Of a DNA stretch of 64,000 bases, positions 25,706 through 38,371 are shown piece after piece. Each line of letters starts with the position of its first letter. Position 1 is the stretch's first letter. A model generated the notes under the pieces. That model saw only the letters and a list, made by a program, of their open reading frames with translations. It ran no database searches and was not told the DNA's origin. A program made the translations under genes and the position numbers. Source of the DNA: Haliotis rubra (taxonomy: Eukaryota); the NCBI RefSeq assembly GCF_003918875.1, contig NW_025766525.1, positions 438,865 through 502,864 of the forward strand. The letters run 5' to 3'.

Positions 25706-27114
25706 AGATTTCTAGGTCAGTGTTTCTGTGTGGACACAAAATGGTGGCAGACCCATGTGATAAATATGCACCTGTGTACCACTCACTCACTCACTCCACT
25801 CTGACAAGCATCTCCAGAAGGACAGTGTAGTTGTTGTTAGTGTAAGGGTGACATAAACATGACTTGGCCTGAATGCTGCATCGTGGTGCTGTCATCTTGT
25901 CATGTCACCATGTCACCATGTCACCTTGAACAACCACCTGTATGTCTCCCACTTCCACACAGGACTGAGACCGGATGGGGGGAGGGGGAGGTGGAGTGGG
26001 AGAGGTAGGTGGAGTGGGAGAGGTGGAAGATGACACCCTTGCCTCTCAGTTTGTATTACCTTAGATCTAAAGGTCTGTGGTTTAAAATCCCATCATTGGA
26101 TCCATCGCCCCAATGGAGTGATGACTGGTTGACAAGGTGATCATGAAAGATTGCTTGTGAATTGTAAAATGGTTGGATGATTTTGGTATTAGAGTGTGTA
26201 ATCCATGATTGTTTAATGGTCAGTGTTTGAAATGTGGTACATAGGTTTGCTGTTTGTGTCACAAAGTGCTAGGGAGCTGAGGGTATGAGTGCTGCCTTTT
26301 GTCCATGCCACTTATTTGCAGGAGCATAAAATGAAAAAAAAAAAGTATTTTCAAAATGGGAATTTTTGCCATTGTGGAATTCTGAAGTTTATATTTTTTC
26401 CAGTTTGTGTGACTACATATTGAACAAAGGTTCAGGTGCAGGTTCCAAAGCATCACTCAAAGAGTGTTCGATGTTCTTCATCAAAGTTTATATATGCAGT
26501 TTATATGTTTATTATGCAGATAACAATGTAGCCATAACTGGTGCCATTTGCTATTTATGAAATATTTGCATTGTAGGTTTTCATCATTCTCAATGCATGA
26601 CCATGAATTCAAACCATGACACTCACAAACCAGTTGTATTTTCTATCAAATCAGTCAAGTGATTGACTCAATATCTTCATAATTTTGAAAGTTTTATAAT
26701 TAATGTTTTTGTGTAATTCCATCAAAAACAAATAAAAAAGCTCAGTGTATCCAGTGATGACCACTGCTCCCAGCAATAGAAGCAGCATCCTACATTGGTT
26801 GCTAGGAGGTGCATCCTGTCAACTTGCTGTGGATTGTACTGGGTTTGATTCTTTGTTGCTTATGCTTCAGTACATGTGGGAATAAGTTGCCATTGGTAGG
26901 GGATACGAGTATCTCAGTCTTGTTGGAACATTCAAACTAAGGACATGCAGGACTTCCACATTGTGTTGTGCCAAGTGTGATCTCTAGTTCCGTGAGTCAG
27001 TACCGGAACAAAGTATGAAAGATGTTACGAAGACAGGCATGGACATTCCCTGTACATTTTGGGGTTACCATGGCTACAACAACCTAACTTGAGTTTACTG
27101 TTGCCGTGTTGCAG

Positions 27115-27233
27115 GTATCCATCCGCGACATGGGTTGGTGTGGACAGACGGGAAGGCCATCTACCTAGCACCTGTCCGACTGTATGGCAACAACATCGAC
27201 AACGCCAAGTCTCTCAAGCTTGGAGAATTTGAG
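27115..27233 (+). CDS. WDCP: WDCP-like gene, coding exon 2 (…G|IHPRHGLVWTDGKAIYLAPVRLYGNNIDNAKSLKLGEFE)
   Basis: Acceptor ttgccgtgttgcag|GT and donor GAG|gtatgt. It is open only in the frame that continues exon 1. The peptide has WD-repeat-like beta strands. The donor may instead lie 5 nt downstream (GAGTATGT|gttttg) to satisfy the phase of exon 3. Confidence 0.6.
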
Positions 27234-27469
27234 TATGTGTTTTGGAGAAACAATATTTTGAACTATAAAATTACTGCAAACACAAATATATTGACTTAAC
27301 TTTGATATGAAGATATTTATCAAGTTAATGATTTGTTGTTAGTTTCACGCTCCAGACATCTTAGACCTCTTATCTACATCTGTACCTTGTAGACAGTGTG
27401 GACTTGTGGACCTAGATCTGTAAACAGTTGCTCACCCACCCAAAACCCACCCAGCCACCCACTCACCCA

Positions 27470-27545
27470 TCCACTCACACCCATTCACTCACTCACTCAC
27501 TCACTCACTCACTCACTCTCACTCTCACCCACACACTCACTCACC
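27470..27545. repeat. (CACT/CACC)n low-complexity tract
   Basis: cactcactcactcactcactcactcactctcactctcaccc. Confidence 0.8.
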
Positions 27546-30500
27546 CACCCACTCAGACCGATGTTCACTTGCTTGTCTCCATGTGTTGTACTAACTTGTA
27601 GTGGGATCCAGTTGAGCACTACAGATGGGGTGTTACTTTTAGTTATTCAAGCTGCTGCAAGGAAGGTGTGTTGTTACGCTCAAGCTCACCCTTTCTCTCC
27701 CTCAGCTGCTGACATACTATTGAAACCTATATATCCGGTCTGTCTTGTGATCAGTGAAGCGTCCACCGACTGTGACAGCCGCTATACTAGTGTCTTAGCT
27801 GTGTTGTGTGTACCCAGCATGCCGAGGGGTGTACGGAGATGGTATATCGCAGCTGTAATACTGATACCCATGAGTCATGTACGTCGTGGATAACGGCAGT
27901 GTTCGGCTGTGTACTCACTGTTGACATCCATGGCAGTCATCGCTGCACAAATACCTGTGATGTTTATTGGAGCTTTTAATACTTTATTTGAACTTTCTGC
28001 AGAATAAATACTTTTTTTATGATGATCTTTTATCTATTACTATGATTACCATGCATGAATGACTTCCCTCGTGGACGTAGACTGAATGTATATAGACAGA
28101 AGGGGTAGGCATGTTTGTCTGGAGTCTACATGAAATGCATCCAGTAGGACATTCCTCCCAAGTATTTCCTATTGAGACATTGATGACTGGTCACAGCATG
28201 GGACTAGGGTTAACATACTACTTGGGCAATTCATTTACAGTTGGCAGAAAACAGGCAAATATTGAACAGAGACAGAGGTCAGCCATTTTGGGCCAGGGTT
28301 GGGTCTACATATTGAATATGTGATTGTGTGAAACCTGCACATTGTAATAAGGGGAGTGACTTGTGGCAGCTAAAGGCATCCTGGGGACTTTGTTGGGATT
28401 GTATTTAAAGTGACATCCCTCCCGTTCATTGTAACCTAGGTCTGACTGATCGCTGTTGGCCAGTACACAGTATGGGGGCAAACATTAAGTCATCTATTCT
28501 GATTTCTTAAGTTTAGATAGAATGAAAAGCTGAATACATATGCTATGGCTAGCAAGTATTAAAGGGAGACAATTCATGGCATCCAGTGTTTCTGACCAGG
28601 TCAAGACATGGCATTGTAGTCATTGTCTGGACACATTGTCTCTGTGTATAGAGGGTAATTATTTATAACTTTGTTGACAGGGTTATCTGTAACCTTTATT
28701 GTATTTGGTGAACTCATTTTAAATTTGCCGGAAAGAGTCAAGTGTTAAAGGAGACGAGGTTCAAACATCTTGGGCCAGTTTCTAGATGTGGAAGTGTCGT
28801 GTTTTTGTGACAGTGACACATTGTTTCTCTGTGGTAATGGTATTGGTTGCTAGGTTGGTCAACGCCATGATGTTTGAGTTTGGGCAAGTGAAGTGGTGTT
28901 TAAATGAGTCATTGGAGTCAAACTTTCTTAAGTTGAATGTATCTTGATGTCCCTATCTTGAAATACACAGCAAATATGATACTAGTGGTCAGGTATACAG
29001 TGTTGTATGTTAATGGCTGACAAGTGGTTATCATTCTGTTGCATATGACAACATAAAGAACATATCTCCATGACTGACTCACGCACGCACGCACACCTCT
29101 AATGTAAGATTACTAAGGAGGTACATATAGCCCAGTGGTGAAAGATGCTGCTGTTATCTGTTGTCACATAACTATGATCAGGTTTTCAAATCCCAGTTGA
29201 CCTGATGTGTTTCAAGCACCACACCCACACAGTGCTGGGATTAGAGACAGGGTGCGTTCAAGAGGTTGACAATGTTTTCAAACATGGCTGTTGTGTAGAT
29301 AAGTCTTTATTGTTGATATACAAGTTCACATACTTTGTGACACATCAAGCTTGCCGCTGCATTTCATGTAGAAGAAGGACTATGATAAAATGATGCTTAT
29401 TTCATTCCAGATCTATATGTACCAATACTGATAAAAACAACAAATTCTGTATGTTTCCTTGACCACCCAGGCCGTGAAGAACGCCTTCTGTTAGTTTCAC
29501 CTTGTTCACCTGGGGCAGTTCATGGCAAGTTGGTTGTGATGAATTTACCAGGTTGCCTGATCCGGAGTGACAGGCAATTAGAAGCTGTCAGTGTGGGAGC
29601 TGCTTGAGCCAGATGAGGATCAAGCTGCCCTGTGTTTACCTTGCCTTAAAAAGTGAACAATCAATATTCATCTTGTCTGCTGGCCTATGTCTCCTCTGCC
29701 CACCATGTCACAGAGAGCTGGTTGTGTCCACATTAAACAGATCTATTTGTCTGTTGCCGACACCAGCATGGTAAATCTTTAGACAAACTCATTCAAGTTT
29801 ACTTGCCCACTTTAAAATGTTTCCAGCTACAATATTTGCAAGTTCAAGTAAGCTTGTTACCGTGATCTAAGTTTAAGAGAAAGTAATGAGATTGTATCAG
29901 AATGTGGTGTTGGATATTTGTAGAAATGGCAACCTCACCATGACTCCCAGAGACTGCCTGAGAGTAGATTGACTCTGTAGGGTACAGAGTTGTTTGTTTG
30001 ACTGCACAACCTGCAAAACATGCAGTTCTGTTTAAACATGCTACAACTGAAATTATTAAGGTTGATGACTGCAGGTTTCAGGGGAGCTTACTCCGTGTGA
30101 AAACTTCACCATGTCTACTTATCATTAGTCATCCAGCCAGTCGTCTTTGTATAGACATTATCATTGATAAATCCTTTCACAAGACCGTGATACAGTATAG
30201 TTTGCAGACTACAGTGACAAAAACTTAAACAGCATTCCAGCCATATCAAGGGAGCCTGCAGATGTTGAAGTCTGGATGAGACTTACCAGTGGTCAGTGCT
30301 GTGAGCAGCATCCCGATGATCAGAGATGTAAGGGCCCCATTGCAGGCATGCATATAAGGAACTTGTTGATGTACAGAAAACCCTTGACTGACTTCCCTGT
30401 TTAAATACACACTTGACCAAGTAAACTTCTGTATCCTCTAGAAATAAGTATGGAGTAATGATAAAAAAAGAAAATATTTTACAAATCAAAATACTTATCC

Positions 30501-30894
30501 ATTTCATTTATGCTTTTGGTGGTCAAACATTCATTTGACCCAGTAGCGGAGAGATATGCAGTTTCTGTGATAGTTTACGTTATGCTTTGGTTCCGTGTGC
30601 ATCGGTCTGTGTGCATCATGTACAGAAGGTACATCATTACCTGGCTCTGCTATAAAGAGGTCCACACCTGTGTGAGAAAACACACCTGCCCAATTATATC
30701 AAGGTGTTGCACAAACATCTACTGACTGCACTATTGTGTGCAGGCAAGTACCCTTGTTAGTGCACAGGATCAGCTTCTATATACACAAGCTTTGTTGACT
30801 TGCTGGGCATGTAGCCGTGGTAACTATAGTTATAGAAGTGAGTAAGTACACCCACCAAGACTTATCATCAGCCATCAGTATCCAGCTCAAGTGT

Positions 30895-31885
30895 AGCAGT
30901 GGTCAGTGGTCTATGTACAGCTGTATTGTGGCAGCTTGTCTGTCAGTGGTCTATGTACAGCTGTATCATGGCAGCTTGTCTGACAGTGGTCTATGTACAG
31001 CTGTATTGTGGCATCTTGTCTGTCAGTTGTCTATGTACAGCTGTATCATGGCAGCTTGTCTGACAGTGGTCTATGTACAGCTGTATTGTGTCAGCTTGTC
31101 TGTCAGTGGTCTATGTACAGCTGTATTGTGGCAGCTTGTCTGTCAGTGGTCTGTGTACAGCTGTATCATGGCAGCTTGTCTGTCAGTGGTCTTGTACAGC
31201 TGTATCATGGCAGCTTGTCTGACAGTGGTCTCTGTACAGCTGTATCATGGCAGCTTGTCTGTCAGTTGTCTATGTACAGCTGTATTGTGGCAGCTTGTCT
31301 GACAGTGGTCTATGTACAGCTGTATTGTGGCAGCTTGTCTGTCAGTGGTCTATGTACAGCTGTATCATGGCAGCTTGTCTGTCAGTGGTCTATGTACAGC
31401 TGTATTGTGGCAGCTTGTCTGACAGTGGTCTATGTACAGCTGTATTGTGGCAGCTTGTCTGTCAGTGGTCTATGTACAGCTGTATTGTGGCAGCTTGTCT
31501 GACAGTGGTCTATGTACAGCTGTATTGTGGCAGCTTGTCTGTCAGTGGTCTATGTACAGCTGTATTGTGGCAGCTTGTCTGACAGTGGTCTATGTACAGC
31601 TGTATTGTGGCAGCTTGTCTGTCAGTGGTCTATGTACAGCTGTATTGTGGCAGCTTGTCTGATGAGGCAACCTGTCAGTTGGTCAGTGGTCTATGTACAG
31701 CTGTATTGTGGCAGCTTGTCTGACAATGGTTGTCTATGTACAGCTGTATTGTGGCAGCTTGTCTGTCAGTGGTCTATGTACAGCTGTATTGTGGCAGCTT
31801 GTCTGTCAGTGGTCTATGTACAGCTGTATTGTGGCAGCTTGTCAGTGAGTGGTCTATGTACAGCTGTATCAAGGCAGCATGTTAG
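30895..31885. repeat. Minisatellite, 40 bp unit (gtctatgtacagctgtattgtggcagcttgtctgtcagtg), about 25 copies
   Basis: Direct reading. It is intronic. Confidence 0.9.
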
Positions 31886-34800
31886 CTGTCTCGTCAGGGA
31901 CAAGCAGTCAGATGGTAGATGTTATGATCAGCAGGTCCAGCTATTGGGACCATAATCTTCGTTGGAAGATTCTTAGCTTATATGGAAGTAAAATTTAATG
32001 ACTGAAAAAAGTAATTTTGAATCTTTTCCTGTCAGATAAAAAATTGGACTTGAAAATATTAGTGGGATGTGTGAGGTTAAGGCATGTGTGACTTTAAGCT
32101 GCATGAGGAAGCTTCTGAATTAATCTTCAAACCAGAGATCAAACATCTAGGTTCAGCTGGGGTTTGCCACGTAAGGATGATGGTATTTCACGGTTTTCAT
32201 TACTACCTTTTTCTGGTTTCAAGCTACGTTCCCCAGTAGCCTTTGTACTTCAGATTTGTTTGGAAATAGCGCTGTAGTAATACTTCAGTTAGGAGACTGG
32301 GTACAGTCTATATTTGTTGTACCAAGTAGCTGATACATTATCCAGGAGACTTGGTCTCGATCCACAAAACGTTCGTTAAAGGTCACATGCAACGTAAAAC
32401 ACAACTTTGCAGATTCTGATACCTTTCGTTATGGACTTACCGAAACAAATCATCAAAAATGCAAATTCAACTTATAAAGTTGAAAAATAACGTGATAAAA
32501 AAAGCCGTGCGAAATTGTAGTTCAAACGATTCACTAATTTTCCCCAGCGTTTGGGGGGAATTCAAGTGGTTTCAACAGCTGGGCTGCGCTCATAGTACGT
32601 GCGCAAGTGAAATAGGTTCAGCGCAGCTTGGAAGCGGGTTGTCCGGTGAATACTCGGTGAAGGCTTTGGTGTGAGCTATTTTTCTTATTTTTTGTTGATA
32701 TTTCACAGGCGCAAGCTTTTTATATGTTATGACAGTAGATTAACTGTTTATATAATTTCATTTGTCTATTTCACCACACGTTCTTCTTACCGAGTCACTT
32801 TCTCAGTTCGATGCTTAAAAGCAATGTCATTATTTAGCATTGACAGAATTTCTAACTGTGATATAGATATGTCGTTGTCACAGACAAAACTCAGTGTCTT
32901 GTTTTATTGACACCTGTGTGTCTGCCTGCCTGTCTGCTAATGACAATATTCAATACACAACTGCAATCACTGACCACATGCAATTTGAACTTAACACCTA
33001 TCAGTCTATACACCATAAACAAAATGCATTGATTTATGGCCCGAGTTTGGTCTCTGTCACATTATGTAATTACACAGACAGGCAGGTGTGATACTTGAAC
33101 ACATGACATGTTATGATGTCTGTTGATGGCAAAATGTTATACACAAAAAGTGAGCATGTATTTACACAACCCAACATCTCTATATATACACACACACAAT
33201 GAGCTGTGAAGGCATCTGCAAATGAACCAGCCGTTACACTTGAGTGCACACCCACCCGCTCTGACTGGGTTCGGTATCCCGGCTGCTTCGTTTCTTGGAA
33301 AGTGAACCCAAGTACACAATATTGCACTTTTGATTTGCGATTGTACGCTTATAATTTTGTTTATATGTTTTTTCATAACCAGCAATGTATATTATATGTC
33401 ATGAATAAGTGATAATTGTGTTTTAATTATGTTTGATTTTTTGGTCGCATGTGAACTTTAAGCTACGATCTGTCATAACTCTATAGTTTATCATAAGTTT
33501 ACAAAGGTCGTAGCACTATGAATATTTTGTGGATGGGGACCCTGGATACTGTCTCAGGGATTGGGAAAGGCAGGGGCCATGGGCCATTTTTGCACATTTG
33601 AATAAAAATGGCCCATTAAAATTTTGAAGTTTACTATTGATACAAGGGCAGTGGCCCATTCTAAATTCAGAAAATGGCTAATAATCCTGAAAATGGCCCA
33701 TTGTGAAAGTTCTCTATCCCAATCCCTGCTGTCAAAGCAATCAGTCTGGCTGGGCCAGCCTCTGTACACCTGTTGCACTGCAGCCACAGCCACAGGATGA
33801 CTGACACAGGATGACTGACACTGGCTGCTGGCTGCTGGCTGCGGTGTTGTGTCAAGCGGTGGTTGTGACATTTTGTGAAACATGTGACAGATCATGTCCC
33901 AGAAATCAATTAAATCATGATAGTTGGAAAAGTATGTGTTTTGTCAACCAGCAGGCTAGACAATATGCATAGTTTTCCTGTCCTGCCCTTAGCAAATGGA
34001 AATATTTAGCACATGTACGTTTGAGATTAAACATCTCTGTCAGTGTCTGATATCTTCAAGTAAATATCAGGCATTACTTCGTCTTACACTGGCGTTGATT
34101 AATTTTCCCTACAATTCATTGGAAGCAGTTTTTAGCAGTTTATCCTCAATGCTTCATTTACTTTGTGAGAATTTGTTTTTTTATACTTTTTGATCATGTT
34201 TAAGTGGTAACCTGATGTACATTGATGATGTTCAAAGTTAACCTGACGTATCGTTTAAAAGGTGATCATGATCATGTTTAAAAGTTAACCTGTTGTATGT
34301 ATCATGTTTAAGACGTAAGCTGATGTATGTATCATGTTTAACATGTAACCTGATGTACTTTTATCATGTTTACAATGTAACCACATTTAGCATGGCAAGC
34401 TTTTTAGTATGTTGAAAATCCCGGGTTTAGACAAAGAGGATTACAGGTCACATTGACCACGTGAGAAAGCCTTGAGACAGGGATTTTGTGGTGACACTGC
34501 ATTATTGCAGATCTTGTTGTGTCCATGCAAGGTGTGTTTTACCAGTAACAAGTAGAACACAGTCTCACTTAGTTGCTGGGTTTCCTTTGGTTCCAATGAT
34601 ATTCTCCCTAAACTGTTTGATATGTTTGTTTGTGAAGGCAACAACTTTAGGGTACGTAAAGGGTATTTCCTGGTATTTCCTGGTTAAGTGAACAGCATTT
34701 TCAGCTAGGAGACCCTATTAGTGAAACAAATTGCTTCCCAAACAGACGGATGTCAGGAAAGTCGATGCACAATGGTTACTCTTTATTAGGTGTAGCAACA

Positions 34801-35300
34801 GAGATAGTGTGCCAGTGACAGGAGTCAAACTATGAGTAGCTGTGTCTACTCAACCACGTCACACTGTTATGTCAAACTGTACTTATACTTGTGAACATGG
34901 GGAAGTGTTGAACCTGTTCAATGAAAGTCATTTATGAGGAAAGAGCCTTCAGTTGGCCTTCTTAGGTGACAAACTCCATTTTCAGCTGACTACAATGAGG
35001 ATTGGGTGGACACGGGATGATGATGATGATGTCCTGAAGGCAGGAAATTAATGCTGTCACTTGGCCATCAGAAGACCTGATTAGTTAAGAATTTGTGAAA
35101 ACTGATAGTATTATTGTCATTGTTGTTATGGAAACCGTCTTGAAACTAGTATACTACCTTACAGAGTCTCTACTCTTCATGATGGTATTCTCTATTATTA
35201 TTACAGTATATATTGTTATAGTCACGATATGGCTGCAATATTGCCGATGTGACTCTAAATCTTAACTCACTCAATCATGACGTTATTGTTGTGTTGGCAG

Positions 35301-35461
35301 CAATGTGCAAAGCCTGCACTGGAGCGTTGACGTGGACAGTGACACCAGCTTCCTGTGTGCCATCCACAAGCAGAACGTCACAGTGTGGAAAGTCACGGGG
35401 CTGGCTCCAAAACTAGGATTCAAGCAAGTCCGCAAACTCAATGTGCAGCCCATTCCCCAAG
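35301..35461 (+). CDS. WDCP: WDCP-like gene, coding exon 3 (NVQSLHWSVDVDSDTSFLCAIHKQNVTVWKVTGLAPKLGFKQVRKLNVQPIPQ, phase 2 in, phase 1 out)
   Basis: Acceptor gtgttggcag|C and donor CAAG|gtaaag. Only one frame is open. Recollected vertebrate WDCP has …[28 protein letters not shown]… at the corresponding place. Confidence 0.6.
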
Positions 35462-36845
35462 GTAAAGTTGTCTAGGGATTTCATGAAGATTTTAATAACT
35501 TGATAGTTTAATTAGAACCACAGACCAGTCAGGCCTGATCAGTGCCTTCAGTGAAGACTATGATATCTGGATATCGTTACTTTGGCCTACGCCATACTTA
35601 AAGTTTGGCGTTTGTAGGATTCTGTGGGAGGTACCCTGTACTCCGCACTTTCCCATGTTATCAGTAAGAGCTGTGTATTGTGGCCTAAGTGATGAGACGA
35701 TATATCCCGATGCCAGTTTGATGGGGCGAGACGATATATCATGAAAGTATTGGCAGGGCGATGATACATATCCCGATACTTTACATTTTCTGAAAACAGA
35801 TATGATCGATGAAATGACTGATACATTGTTATAGGCTAGTACAGCAGAACTTGTGTTACGTTCACACACACTTCAAAAGCTGTTGATCTCATAAAATTGC
35901 AGCATTTAATGCTAAAGAATGTACAGTCAAACATACTAAGTATACAGTATACTTTGATCTAATAGCTGTAGATTTGAAACTGAAGTTTCTCTTGAAGTTG
36001 TGTTTCTATACCAATGCTTTCACAAACAATTCAGTGTAATTTATATTTGAATTCGGAATCACTGAAAAAAACTCTAAAGTCTGCTTTCTAAATTTTATCT
36101 ATCTTTGTTCTCTCTCGCATAAATGGTGTCATTTGTTAACTAAAACATATTTCAATTACTTGAAGACAAGTATTCTACAGTTCACAGAGTTTGAATGTTC
36201 TCACTCTTTCACTTATACACTAACTCCTTTGTTCATGTAACAAAGATATCAGATACAAACAAATTCGTATAAGGTTCAGTTTGTTTTTGAAATTCAGAAG
36301 AATTTCAAAGAGACTCCCCTCCTATTCCTAATGAAATACTCCTTACAACTTTACTTTTTTATTGTTAGGGCATAAATTCCGCAAAAAAAATCACAGAGTT
36401 GGTCTGATGTTTTGATTATGATCAGTGTTTCATGGAGTATTGTATGTTAGTAGTTTTCGAGCTAGATTGCAATTCATCGGTCCGATTTTGAGCCAAACGG
36501 ACTATAATGAATTTATAACAGGTATAATTAGAGGTAACACCCCTCAGATTACCTGACAAAGTTCCCATTTTGCATTTCTCGTGTCTGGAGTAATACTGAA
36601 CATTATAAATTAAGGTCTGATGTGACAAATGTATTACATGTTATGTAATATGCACATGGAAGTGCAGCAAGAGGAATTATCAGCTGAGTTACATAAACAA
36701 ACATCGATCAAAGAATTTACCGATAACACTCTGATTGATTAATTACTTTTATCTAGCACAGCGGATTTATCAAAGGTAGTGTTTATGTATTTAGATTTAC
36801 TAATCTATACTGAATACCCCCTGTCTTAATGTGTCTGTGTAAAAA

Positions 36846-36947
36846 CGTCCTTCATTCAAAGAATGACGACATTAGAATCTATGTCGAAATGTCGCCTATC
36901 TAGAATAAAGAAGTTGTATATCCATAAAAATAATCCTCATTCTTTAT
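36846..36947. mobile_element. MITE family copy (5'-truncated), same family as 62656-62797
   Basis: gaatgacgacattagaatctatgtcg…cctatctagaataaagaagttgtatatccataaaaataatcctcattctt matches the core and right arm of the 62656-62797 element. Confidence 0.5.
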
Positions 36948-37159
36948 TCCAAGGATTAACCGCCAATATGTTGATTGATTGCTCATTATTGGCTAACTAA
37001 GTTACTTTTTTAAAGAATGGTGGACATCATGCAATTAGTTGTCAGGTGTTCTACCTTGGCTGACCAATGAGACTATACACCACTGTGAAAAACCTGAAGC
37101 GATATATCACTTTTAGCATACTAGACTGTTAAGACACATGACATGGAACAGGATTGTTT

Positions 37160-37322
37160 GTCAGCTGCAGATGAATGGCATTTCGTTTCTTTATGTGGAT
37201 ATATTGATGGATACATTCCTCGAAATGGCATATCGTTCCTTTATGTGGATATATTGATGGATACATTCCTCGAAATGGCATATCGTTCCTTTATGTGGAT
37301 ATATTGATGGATACATTCCTCG
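37160..37322. repeat. 55 bp unit x3 tandem repeat (ggcatatcgttcctttatgtggatatattgatggatacattcctcgaaat)
   Basis: Direct reading. Confidence 0.85.
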
Positions 37323-37753
37323 AACAAGGTAATAGCCTGACATTGTTGCTATAACTTTAGTCTTGTTTTAATTCTAATATTTGCATTTTGTTTTCATTCA
37401 TTTGTTGTGGCATTCAACAGAATCATTTTTCTTTCGACACAAAGTGTAATGTGACAGACAACATACACTAGGTCGCACTTTGGGCTTGTTTGTGAAATAT
37501 GATTCACGATGGAAATCCATAAAATGTCTAGAAATTACAGTCATGTTATAAATTCACGATACGTATAAGGAGAATGTGTGCTTTTTATTAAGCTTCAAAA
37601 TGCACACAAATATGATACGTAACTAATTAGAATCATAAGACAAAATATAAAGACTACATTGACTTCGTTATTTTTCAGTCCTAACAGTTTTTACCACTGG
37701 CAGATGGTTAAACTTCAAAATATTCTCATCTATTATCATAATAATGACTGACT

Positions 37754-37908
37754 GAGTTTAGTTTTACGCCGCTTTTAGCAATATTCCAGCAATATCACGG
37801 CGGGGGACACCAGAAATGGGCTTAACACATTGTACCCATGTGGGGAATCGAACCCGGGTCTTCGGCGTGACGAGCCAAAGCTTTAACCACTAGGCTACCC
37901 CACCGCCC
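37754..37908 (-). mobile_element. tRNA-derived SINE family A copy with 12 bp TSD
   Basis: Tail gagtttagttttacgccgcttttagcaatattccagc lies at the left. The tRNA-like head (ggggcggtggggtagcctagtggttaaagctttggctcgtcacgccgaagacccgggttcgattcccc) reads on the minus strand. Flanked by tcataataatga on both sides. Confidence 0.75.
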
Positions 37909-38371
37909 CTCATAATAATGAAGATGGAAACCCAGTAAAAAGATTTCATCTTTGTTGATCAATGAATACTTATACTACCAATTGAGCATGCAGATGGCGC
38001 AGCAGAGGTCACAAACCCATCAAGAATTCTGGGATATCATCTGGGTACTCACGGGAGAAAAACAACGACAAAAGTAACAACCAGTCCACAGAAATTGCTC
38101 TGGATCAGTGCCCCTTTAAGTAGTACTTAAGTAGTATTGGGATATATCGTCTCTTGTGGCGATACTTCGATGTATCATGGACCCTCGCAATATAAATATC
38201 CTGATATATTGCCTAAATATGTTTTGTATTGATGTACTCGTATCGTGTAGTTGACAATGCAAACATTGATACTATCGATGATACGTTACACCACTAGTTG
38301 TCAAGCAGTTGTTTGTCAAGACTCTAGTGTACTGTCATGTGTATGTAATTGTCTCTCTCTCAGCAGTCTCT

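Noticed and set aside
27396-27893. 165-aa ORF beginning in the (CACT)n tract
   Set aside because: It is low-complexity and repeat-driven, with no splice-site logic and no homology cues.
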